A stretch of 63,865 nt of DNA, counting the filler, from Hausera hauseri (Eukaryota), in NCBI GenBank assembly GCA_046269625.1. It is 11 parts of 11 records of this genome, joined end to end, with 100 filler letters (N's around TTAATTAATTAA, not from the genome) between each part and the next. Parts side by side here need not be neighbours in the genome. Positions count along the whole stretch, not along the records: positions 11,421 to 17,458 come from JBJURY010149644.1; positions 17,559 to 22,652 come from JBJURY010337380.1; positions 22,753 to 28,228 come from JBJURY010246182.1; 8 more parts are not named here. The stretch is one strand, 5' to 3'. Shown piece by piece: positions 12,291 to 23,889 of this stretch. The translations under genes and the position numbers were made by a program. A model generated the notes under the pieces. The model was given only the letters and a program-made list of their open reading frames with translations. It had not been told where the DNA came from and ran no database searches. Numbering within the stretch: the first letter of the stretch is position 1; every line of letters begins with the position of its first letter.

Positions 12291-14978
12291 CTGCAGATGT
12301 TTCATGGCGCCGTCTTGGATGTATTTAATGGCGACCTGGTAGACGTAAAAAGAATAGTTTAGACTTTTTGTAAAAATGTTTATTAGTTCAATAAAGGACG
12401 TGTTTGTGTAAACAGACAAATATGATACCAGAAATAAGAAAATTAAACCAACCGGCAACGAATCACTGATCCGTTTCCCTGCGTAGACGAAGCCAAAGCC
12501 TCCTGCTCCGATCGTCTGGAGCTGTTGGTATTTGGCCTCAAAATCAGCTACAAGTAAAAATAGATAACAGGCAGAATAAATCAGTATGAATCACTTTATT
12601 TCATCTCAGTCTTTATTATGAGTTTTATTGTTTGCTTTTGTTTTTATTTAAGTGAAAGTACTTGAAAAAGACCATCTCAAAGTTTAAAAGATTCTGGCTA
12701 AAAGTAGAAAAACATTGGTTAAAGGTTTTAAAAGGCTAACTAGAAGCTAAACGTATCAAAATCCTGTCTAAAAAAGCCTAATTATAAATAAATGCTATGA
12801 ATAACAAAAACAGGAAAAGCAAAGGCCTAGATAAAAGTTAGATTTTTAAAAGGCAGTTAAAGGCTAAAATTAAACAGAAGATCTGCTAAAAGTTTGTATT
12901 AGGCTAACTAAAAGCTAAAAAGAGAAAACTGCTGACAAAATATCTACAATTTTAGAGCAAAACACTAGCTTAAAATTAATATTAACAAAAGGCTAAATTA
13001 AGGAATAAATAAGTCAACTTCAGCCAACAGAAAAATAAAAAGCTGTTTAGAAGCTAAAAAACTGCACAGTGCTGCAAAATGCTGGCTAAAAGTTAAAACT
13101 AGAATAAATCAGGTAAAATAAATCTCAGAGAACAAGAATGGAAGAGATCTCATTTGTATGGGTAGTGTTGTATTATATTATATTATATTATATTATATTA
13201 TATTATATTATATTATATTATATTATATTATATTATATTATATAACCTTAAGCAATAGCGGGTGGATAAAATATATATGTATTTTTTTATTTTCTTTTTA
13301 AGACCAAAGTATTTATTCGTGCTGAATTAGCAGTGACAAAATGAAACAGTGTGTCAGCTCACCTCTGCTGGAGTGCTGATCAGGGGCTGAGGAGCTGCAG
13401 GAACTCTGCTCTGGCTCAGCGACTCGTGGTCTTTTAACAGAGGCCTCTCCTCCACCACTGGCCTTCCGTTTCCTGCCGCTGGGCTCAGAACTGGAGCTGA
13501 TGACAATAACGCTCCTGTCCCTGCTGCTCCTTCTGGGGGCCCTTGGAATAGGGCCACTTAGCAGGACGACACCAGAGCTGCTGGAGCTGATGGTAATTAC
13601 TGCCTGCGAGCTGCTGGAGTCGTCTGCGCTGCTCTGGTTATCTATAATTATAAAAAGTCCAGTTAGACAATGTTATTTATCACATATTGTTCTTACTGCA
13701 CTTTCAGTAAGTAAGACTTTCACCGCTTATGTAAGAAAACAATCTATCAGACTAAAGACAACCTTTATTGACTTGCTTGTATTATACAATAAATACATGA
13801 ACATCATCAGAGAAGAAATCATTTCTCTAAAGCCTCTGAAGGATTCCCATTCTAAAGATATAAATTAATCAAAACCAGAAATATTTCTGGTAAAAAACAA
13901 GTTTGTACTGAAAAACATGCTAATGACATTACATTTTGTGAATATAAACACTTCTACAAAACATTCACCAGGTATGTTCCTGATTTTTATACACAAAATA
14001 CAAGCTTGTTCATTGCCAGTGACTGATGTTAATTTGTGTTCTAAACAGTTTCCTAGGAGATGGAACATTTCAAAAAAAGTTTGCCAAAAGTTAGCTAAAT
14101 GCTAATGCAAGTTCCTAGCTTAAAACATCAAAAGGCTAAATGTATTCAAAAGTAACAAAATGCTAACTAAAATCATACAAAAGTTTACCAATCACAGACA
14201 AAACTTTGCTAACAGCAAAAAAATCATATTAAAAGTAGCAGAAAACTAGAAAAAATATGGAAAATTTGAAAAATGCCACGTTAGCTAAATGCTAATGCTA
14301 GCTGCTAGCTTAAAACATCAAAAGGCTAAATATATTTAAAGTAATAAAGTTTTAGCTAAAAGCAGACAAAAGTTTAGTAAAGCATGTAAAAGTAGCATAA
14401 AACTGGTAAAAGTGAAGGAACATTTGAGAAGTGCCAGAGTTAGCCTTAAGTTAGCTAAATGCTAATGGTAGTTCCTACGTTAAAACTTCACAAGGCTAAA
14501 TGTATTTAAAATTAACAAATTGCTAACTAAAATCATACAACACTTTACCAAACACAGACAAAACTTTGTTAAAAGCAAAAAATCATTTTAAAAGTTGCAA
14601 AAAACTAGAAAAAACATGGAAAATTTGAAAAATGCCAGTTTAGCTAAATGCTAATGCTAGCTGCTAGCTTAAAACATCAAAAGGCTAAATGTATTTATAA
14701 GTAACAAAATGCTTACTAAAATCATAAAAACTTTACCAAACACAGAGAAAACTTTGCTAAAACAAAAAATAATATTAAAAGAAGCAGAAAACTAGAAAAA
14801 AGATGGAAAATTTGAAAAATGCCACGTTAGCTAAATGCTAATGCTAGCTGCTAGCTTAATACAAGAAGAGGTAAACTTTATTTAAAAACAAACAATGTTA
14901 TAAGCTGAATGTTTGGTTCTGACCCAGTGGATTTCCAGAGAGCAGAGGTGGATGACTGGCTCTACTGGTAGAGGTCAT
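12291..14978 (-). CDS. pim: Teleost-type Pim-related Ser/Thr kinase, 5' part (exons 14924-14978, 13363-13641, 12453-12547, 12291-12335)
   Basis: Phase-compatible GT-AG exons give ...SSRADFEAKYQQLQTIGAGGFGFVYAGKRISDSLP|VAIKYIQDGAMKHLQ. The Gly loop, VAIK lysine and exon borders match PIM kinases. Confidence 0.88.
13170..13243. repeat. (TATTA)n microsatellite
   Basis: About 14 tandem TATTA units inside the pim intron. Confidence 0.97.
14085..14860. repeat. Tandem repeat with ~170-190 bp units (about 4.2 copies)
   Basis: TTAGCTAAATGCTAATG...CTTAAAACATCAAAAGGCTAAAT recurs near 14090, 14280, 14450, 14640 and 14826. Confidence 0.9.
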
Positions 14979-17900
14979 CGTGTCGTTTTTAATCAAGGTT
15001 GGGAGAATCGCAAAATCGCTGTATCACTTTCAAAGAACTTGAAAGAATGACTTGTCAACATGTCAAATGTCACATGACTCTTTTAGAATGTTAGGCACTT
15101 GACGACAACAACCTGAATGTTCTATTTCAAACACTCAAGATTCCATGAAGCACAGACTCAAGTTTTATTAATTTGAAGATGATTTTATAATTAAAGTTTA
15201 AAACACTGACTATTCAGAGAGCAGATGTTTATTTTTGGTGGGACCATCATCTGAGAACCCAAACATGATCAAATCTAGCTGGTATTTATTAAAGATGTGG
15301 GGGACTTTAATCCTGTGATGCACTCAATAAGTTCAAGGCAAACTTTGAGGATCCTAGTCCCCTCCTCAGCATCAGACTGGTACCACCACCTGGTGACACG
15401 CCTCTCTCTGTAACAGACATGAGGAGGACCCTCCAGGTATCAACCCCTGTAAGGCTGCAGGCCCTCACAACATCCCAGGCCAGGTACTGAGGGACTGTGC
15501 TCATCGGCTGTCTGAGGTGTTGGCAGACATCTTCAACACCTCAGTGTCACTATAAACTCTTTTTAGGCCATCTATAAGGGGGGCCTTAATGTAAAGTAAA
15601 AACAAAATAAGCTTTCACAGTAAATTATCCTCACCAGTTTTTCATACATTTTACTGTACACAGATAAATTATTCTTAAACACACAACATGTGAGAAAATC
15701 CAGCCATCATTTCTCAGTTGAAATACTTTTTGCAGGATTGTTTAAATTTTATTAAGAAGAGAAGAAGAATTCTGTAAACTTGATTCATTCTATTTGACAC
15801 ATTAGTGCCACTAGTGTTTGAACATGGAACTGCATCTTCACTCCCAGGTAAAGGACAGGTGAGTGACAGACTGGGGCCCTTCAGGGGCCAATCAGATTGC
15901 AGCTGGGCCCAATGCCCTTGTGGCCCCGCCTCTAAACCGCCTCTGAAATTACCATGGATTTCAGGGGTTAAAATGACAATAAATTAATTTTTAAACCCCG
16001 TGGGTTTTATGAGGGGGTCCCTGGACATTTTTCACCCTTGTAAGGGGTCTCCAGACCTAAATGTTTGAGAACCCCTCCACTTGACCTATAGAATACTCAC
16101 ACAAAGTGATTTATTACGTAAAAGAATGTTTAAAAACCTGTTAAAATGCAGTAGAATACAGAAAATGGCATCTTCTTCATTCAAAGCTTTCGGGGGGAGG
16201 ACCCCCACACCCCCCACCAGTTATTTTGTACGCTGTCTTCTCCTACATTAAATAACAGTGATTAGTGATAGTGATTACTGTTACAGTTTCATTTAAAATG
16301 ATTTTGTTCTAAAAGTTAGGCTACACTGTGTTTGTTAGACTGTGGATAGAAAGGACAAAGTTAGTCTACTTATGCTCACTTTATTTATTTGTATATTAAA
16401 TTGGACTGTTTCTTTACCTGTAAATCAAAAGGTGATTTGTTCTGTAAGCACCGCTCCACTGGGCTGTTTCTCATGTGTAATGGGTCAAATGCAGAGCACA
16501 GATTTCATCATTGCATGAAAACATGCATTGATGACAAATAAAGTACATTAACTATGATAGACTCACTTCCTGAATGATGAAGTGAAACAGCAAAACTCTG
16601 ACCCATAATGCCAGGTAACATTCAGGTCAAAAAACATGCTGCAATTTCTGAGTATGATTTTCAGCTGATGCTCAGGTTAAAGACCAGCTTTCACCATTTA
16701 CCTTGTTAATAAACTGGTTTTAGATTGTTTTATTAATCCAATCAATTTAGTAAAATGTTCTTCAAATGATTAGAAAATGCATAGTTTGCAGTAGATTTTT
16801 TAAAAATCTCCTGGGGTCGGGGATATGCCCCCAGACCCCCCTATGACTGGTCCACTCCACAGCTGTTTGTTAACATTAATGTGTCTTATTGATGTTGACA
16901 GGATTCATGTAGGCTTGAGGCATTCTCTTTTAAATTTAATATATAGTTGTTAACTGCTTTAGTTTGTCAAAACTGTCTTATTTCATAGGTGAAATACGTA
17001 AATAATCATTGAGATTTAGAAAACTGCATCAATGAATCTTCTTCCCTAAATGTTAGACAATCGGTCGACAAAGAGAAGCTACGTTGTGCTAACAGCTGTT
17101 AGCCACTGCAGTTCTTCATCCATCATGTTGAAAGTAACTTGAATATTTATCAGGGACTTTAGTCCTTGAATAAAACTATTAACACAGAATTATTTGTCTG
17201 ACCAAGACTACAGTCAAGGTGTGTCTGTGTTTATGTCTGACATCTATGTCCTTTCTCCTCTTCAAAGGAAAGTTATTTTCACATCAAAATCTGCAATTTT
17301 CCATTTTATACAGAGTCGTTTTAACAGTTTGTGTTGAGTTTAATAAATGAGCCACAAAATGAATCATTGAGATTTAGAAAACTGGATCAATGAATATCTT
17401 CCTTTGGCTCTTAGCCCTGCTGGGGGCTAAGACCCCCTAAATGTCAGATGCTAGACTCNNNNNNNNNNNNNNNNNNNNNNNNNNNNNNNNNNNNNNNNNN
17501 NNTTAATTAATTAANNNNNNNNNNNNNNNNNNNNNNNNNNNNNNNNNNNNNNNNNNNNAATAATTGTGATGGCAAATTAATAGAAGAAGGAAACGAAGCA
17601 AGTAATGATAAATGAATAATGAATAAAGTTGAGAGGATTTTGAATGCGAACGATTCATCAGTCGCTGATTTACAAATATGAATTTATCCAGAGTCCAAAG
17701 AATCAATTACGTCATCTCACATTTTTTTAGTATTCCCAAAAATGTTGTGCATATAATTACTGTTTGTAAAGTATTCAGTGTACAATGGGCGAGAGCATGG
17801 ACAATTTGATTAGAGTTAATGATTCAGTTTTTTTATTTCTTGTTTTTTATCAAAATGTAAATAATGATTAATTGATTGTTTTTTTTGAAAAGGCAATACA

Positions 17901-20340
17901 ATTCTTTTAATCAGGACTTTTTGACTTCTAATTTTATCTGTGATTTTTATCTGACTCGTTGAATGTATTTATTTGTCAGTGAAGCAAATTGGTGTCAGAA
18001 GAAACAAAAACATCTACCATTAGAAAACGATACCGATTTATGGAATTGCAAATTAAAGAAAAAGTTTTTGATTCAATTGTTACTTGGACTAAGTACATTT
18101 TATCAGTTAGATAATCGTTTGTTTCGGATTTATTGTTCTGCATACGACCTAATGTATTAACCGAAAAGGATATTGACAGTTCTGGAAATAAAAAGAATTC
18201 TAAATCTATTGAAGAAAATGAAATTATAAAATATTCTTTCAACGTATACAAAAATCCAAAACATCAAGACGATCTAGACCAAATACTTGAACGATTGAAT
18301 CAAGTTAATATGGATACGTCCATTCCTCATGCAACGTCTGTAAAAAATCTTATCTCGATCGGGTTTTGAATTTTAAGAAAGATGCAATAAATGTTACTCC
18401 CGACATAATAAATTTACACGACGAATCCAATTCCTCTACATCCGGACGAATGTCCGCTGTCGATCCAGTTATAAACATTGAGGTGGCTTCAACCTATTCT
18501 AAAATTAATCAGAAATCAAAAGCAATAGGTGTGCAATATAAAAACAGCAATGACGTTCTTCGTGAATCATCGACGATTTACATGTCTCGTTGTAAGAAAA
18601 GTAAAATGCCTACATTTGAAAAATCGTTACAGACTGGTAGCAGTCAGACTGATTCTCCAGGAAATGACAATTTCAATTAGTATCAACAATCGAAACAACC
18701 GGATATTACACTGAATGAACTCTTACTATCAAAGTCCGAGCATGCGATTGGTGATAAGGAAGTCGAAAACCAAAATCCTGGAAAAATTATAATTAATACA
18801 AATTTCCCGCGTGTTACAGTAGAGCGAAATACAATCCATATATCTAATTACATCAAGTTAGTATCATCCAAAAATCCTACCCCAAGCATTGCGGTTACTC
18901 AATTATGGACATCTAATCCTCCAACTTTAAAGGAAAAGCAGGTACTAAATCCATTCTTAACACTAATTGATGGTGAAATTATAATAAAAGGAAATTCAAA
19001 ATTAACATATATGTTAAACACCTTCATTCAGGGTACATGGTCATCAATGTATTACATTAATTTTATATTTGCATAAATCATACCCTAAAAAATGATAAGC
19101 ACAAAATTTAATGTCCACGGTACTACCTTCAATCTAACAATTTATAAATTTTATACTGAAGGTACTTTGATCATCCATATATTTAAAAACAATGATGTCT
19201 ATCTAAAGTTCATTAGACAACCTTGCATGAAATATCCATCGTTTTTACAAAAAAATACAACTCATTTAATCAAATATCCACATACAAATTCATTTCTCTC
19301 TACCATTTATAAATTATTTACTGGAAATTGCCGCAAATCATATATCGAAATAAATTTTGTATGTTCATTGGAGTTACATTATGGTTATTTTATTAAAGCC
19401 CAAAAATTTATTATCGTAACTGAAAAGAGAGTGTATTTACGTGGATATTACACTTTTCTATATTGTTAATTGCAACACCCTAATAGTTCGATTCCAACAA
19501 CACTGTACACTTGGACTGTAATTTCACCTAATTACATTTAAACGAATGGCTCAATTCTTCATATTGACAAATCAACTAAGGGTGCCGCTTATCCGTTTGT
19601 CTGCAGAGTACATATACAGGGTGTTACATTCGATCATAATTACAACTTTACAGTATTGGATAAAAATAGCATATTCATCGAACCTCACATAACATTGAAT
19701 AGAACTGTGTTTGTGACAAATGATGATGTGGATGTTTTCTGCCGTTTATATCCTGTTGCAATTAAATTATTTATTACCGATGCAATTCCGGATATATTTA
19801 TTAGAAACCCACCTAATTTCCGAACTCGATATACACAAATATTGATCCACCTAACATCTTATACACCATCATGTGACATTCAGTTTTACTGCACGAAAAT
19901 AATCACCAACGAGAACATAATAAAGTACTTCAATATATCCATAATAGATGTAAAAATCTGACGATTTCTTTTATACCTCACATTTATATATTTTATTTAT
20001 ATGATCCGCACATCTATCTGTCAAAAACATTACAAAAACATTTTGATAAATGTCCAGCAATATACGTCAGAAAACATGTTCAGGACATTAATGAATTATT
20101 CTCTGTTGCTTTTATTCAACTGACTGACGTCTATTTAGAATTCAGACAAAAATTTCTATATAATACTCATCTACAAAAGTAACATTTCTCCAGGCAGAAC
20201 TACCAACTCGTATGAAAATATCAATTAATCAGTTCCTCGCTTCTTTAATTGATTTAAATTATAATTCAAAAAATTTGGCAGTAAATAAAGCTACAATCGT
20301 TTCCGATATGGTAAAGAGTATCGTGCATGACAATTCATAA

Positions 20341-21696
20341 AATATTATCTTTTCATCATTTATAAATGATTTTGTTGAGGGACCGAGCGTGCTCGCCCCC
20401 GTTGCGCCGCGTCCCCTTTCTTTTTTCATTTTTTCTAATCATAAACATATACACACATTAATAGTTACACACAAACAAACATCTCATATTCTTTATACTG
20501 AATTGTACTCTTATTTCGGTTTTACTGATTTTTACCTTATGCACAACGGTCTTATTCTGCAACCTTACGATTCTCTTCCATCCTTTGAACACGAGAAATA
20601 TTCCATCACTCTCACTGTCCATTTTCGCATCCGTGGTGGATCAGACCTTGATCCTTCTACCGAACACTTAAAAAAAACTAGATCAGGCCGTCGTCCTGTC
20701 GATCCTACATCAAACGTATGTCCCAATCTCCCATGCACGGATTTCTTTTTAGACCAGACGAATTCTAGTCATACCTGGCTGCAGTTACACTTGCAATGAC
20801 TAAAAGCCAATCACATTACAGATCCCTTTCTGCGGGCTAACAGTTTACTGGTTTTACTCCCAGACAACATCAAACAGCAGATAAGTAACTTGGCTGACAT
20901 ACTCTCCTCTTCAAGCCCGTATGATATGCTGTACGAATCGGTTCTACATATCACCGATCCTTCAATCGACAGCATAATCCAGAAGTACTTTAACGAATAC
21001 GCCATTGGAAATCAAAAACCGTCAGATTTCCTTAAAACGGCCATCTCACAACTGAGCTCTTTAGGCGTGACTCTGACGAACAATGCTGATCTTCTTCGTC
21101 GGTACTTTCTCTCATCTCTGCCAACCTCCATCCGAGCGTTGCTTACTGTAGTAGATGACTCTACTGCCATCGAAAAGCTCGTTTTATTGTCAGACAAAAG
21201 CTTCGATATTCTGCAGTCTAATAACTCGCAGCCTGTAGCCGCAGCAACTGCTCACATACTGCTAGACAACACGTTATTTGCACAACAACTAAACATGATG
21301 CAGAAACAATTCGATACCCTACAACAAGCAATTTCTGCAATCACTGCCCAACTCAGCGACTTATCTGTGCCCCGAGGGAGCGAAAATCGCATTTCCTGCG
21401 ATCGCAGTTTGTCTAGGCACTCTTTTCGTTCTAAACCCAGAGAGGGTAAAATGGCATGTTTCTATCACAACAAATTCGACAGAGATGCACGAAAATGTGT
21501 TTTAGGTTGTCGATTCTACGATGCACGATATTCCGTAGACAATCCAACCTGCATCTATCACTCAAAGTACCAGTCCAAGGCTATGTCATGCGTGCCAGGA
21601 TGTAAATATTATAAAAGAAATTCTTCTCCATCTTCTTCGCCTCCGCGCACTCACCATTCCTCCTCTTTCTACCAACAAGTTTCAAAAAACCAATAA
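20341..21696 (+). CDS. Ty3/gypsy Gag with an N-terminal ubiquitin-like domain (20416-20640) and two C-terminal CxxH..C..C fingers; one premature TGA at 20797
   Basis: ORFs 20389-20799 and 20890-21696 share a frame. The Ubl ends FRIRGG. Gag motifs GNQKPSDFL and LLRRYFLSSLP; fingers CFYHNKF..C..GC and CIYHSKY..C..GC. Confidence 0.85.
21684..21690 (+). promoter_or_regulatory. Putative -1 ribosomal frameshift heptamer A_AAA_AAC at the gag/pol junction
   Basis: TCA AAA AAC CAA TAA ends gag and pol is in the -1 frame. The same heptamer (TCA AAA AAC TAA) occurs at 26245-26251 in the related element. Confidence 0.75.
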
Positions 21697-22652
21697 TGCC
21701 ACCAGATGCCACGGCACATTCTGGTACAGGCAATATCGTTCAAACTACTGGCCGTTTTAACACCGCATCTGCAGTCTTTCTGTTGAAAGCTGATCTATTA
21801 TTTGGAGAGACATCACACATAAACTTCCTTATTGATTCAGGAACTGCATTTTCACTTCTTCCTTTGTCTTTCGCTCCTACATCTAACATAGTTTTCTCTC
21901 CTCCACTTTTCACTGCCTGCAGTCAACCTTTAAACATTGTAAGTACCACAAAGCTGTCCTTCTCATTTGGCAACCTACTAGGGAAATTTTCCTGGAATTT
22001 TCACATAGCCAATATCAGATCGCCCATGATAGGCTCCGATTTCTTGGCTGCACACGATTTGTTAGTCTACTGCAAGCATAAATGCCTCCTGCGCAGAGAC
22101 TTCACTGCCAATTCTAACAAATACTTACCAAAAGACCGGTCGGAAACTTTGTCTTCTTCAGATCGTTCAAATGTCAATGTCACATCTTGCTCATCAGTTG
22201 ACAACAACGTGTTTAACATTTCATCTATATTTTCAATCTTGTCAAGTGGGAACAAATCAATTTTGAAACATTCGGCTGAACCAAATGTCGTTAATGAAGC
22301 ATCTAGTCTTTATACATCGATTACAGCAACTGACTCGTATAATGATATGCCATTGTCATTCTCATCGTTAGATTCTGACCTTAAATCCTACATTAAGATT
22401 TCTTGTTCCCGCACTCTTAAGAAGGAAATCAATTTCAAACCGCATTCTGCAACATATCACCGCATAGTCACCGAACACCAAAGACCTATAAGACAAAAGG
22501 TCAAATTACTGTCACTTCGCAGACGGAAAGCCGTTGAATCAGATTTCAACAAACTCGAAAAGGCGGGCATTATTGGACGATCCAAATCACCATGGGCTTC
22601 GCCTTTGCATGTTGTGACGAAGAAAGATGGCACATACAGACCATGCGGTGAT
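21696..22652 (+). CDS. Ty3/gypsy pol, 5' part (protease and start of RT), open to the contig end
   Basis: FLIDSGTAFSLLP, PMIGSDFL, SKSPWASPLHVVTKKDGTYRPCGD. Confidence 0.93.
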
Positions 22653-22752
22653 NNNNNNNNNNNNNNNNNNNNNNNNNNNNNNNNNNNNNNNNNNNNTTAA
22701 TTAATTAANNNNNNNNNNNNNNNNNNNNNNNNNNNNNNNNNNNNNNNNNNNN

Positions 22753-22990
22753 ATGGTAAAGAATTGGCAGTCCATATAAATAATGTGAAACCTGCTTTCT
22801 TTGTCGATGACACATCCCTTACCGACACTTCGGCAGATTTTCTTACTCCTACATTGCCTTCTGTTCCAGCGTCCGTCTCGACTCCTACACCACTTTCTCC
22901 CACCCCTGTTTCTGTTCCCACATCCATTTCATCTCCTATTCCTACATCTAATTTTACCACACTTTATAGTATCACACAAGAAAGAGTGAT
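22753..22990 (+). mobile_element. Integrase C-terminus and S/T/P-rich tail of a Ty3/gypsy element
   Basis: VHINNVKPAFFVDD followed by a PTP/SPT-rich tail, as at 3280 and 34270. Confidence 0.75.
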
Positions 22991-23889
22991 ACTATAAAAA
23001 ATGCAATCAACGCGAAACAACACCAAATCTGTGTCAAAAACATCGAAACCCGGTGAACCAACCTCTAGAAAAAATGCGAAGGCCATCCGAACCAACGTCA
23101 TAATCCATCACATCCAATTAATGCAACGGTCAATGAAAAAAGAATACAACATATTCTGGAGTAACGAATCCCCAAAGTACCCACGCTGGAGAAAACGTGC
23201 AAGCACCCCACGATAGGCCACACGATAAGCAAGTGGTAAGCAGCGAGCTACATCTCGCCGGTCGAAAACGGCCAAAATCAAGTAATAGAAATTCCGATGT
23301 CCACAGGAGACGACGCTACGTCCGTTGCTGCAGCGTAGCCGCTTCGTGCCGCACCTCAGCCGAATACCCAAATACGAGAAGTTTTCGCTACCGGTAAATC
23401 ATCTCGAAAGGTTCTATGCTGACGGAGAGAAAGAAAAGCTCTTCGATCCTTCAGCATACACCCCGATATTTATCCGGTTAATGGTTGCGGTCGATTGTTT
23501 GTTTGAGTCACTGGTTTCATCAGAGAGCCAGCTGATCCTCGCCATTAAAGCCGACGGAACACGATGATTAAGGGTGTTAAGTTCGATTTCAGACGACGTA
23601 CCATTCCCGGCCCGCCTACTCCGGTTCGAGTCAATACCACGGAAATCTGAACAGTCGAATTTCAGTTCGGATGACGCGCCGACTCGTCCACTCTTCAACT
23701 GAAGATTCATATGCCTCGGCGGTCAAATTAAGTGAATTAAATAAAAAATTATTCATGATATGTGCTTGTTTCCCTCACACTTTTTTTAGTCGTTTTATTC
23801 CAATGTTTTGAACCAAAGCTTAAATATCCAAGCAAGATTTCACGCGCCAACACAGTCAAATCGGCACACATTTCCGATAAAATAACAAT

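Noticed and set aside
20797-20799. Programmed readthrough or alternative genetic code at the TGA in gag
   Set aside because: It aligns with Trp (TGG>TGA). The elements show all stop types plus frameshifts, and PP1 reads normally in the standard code.
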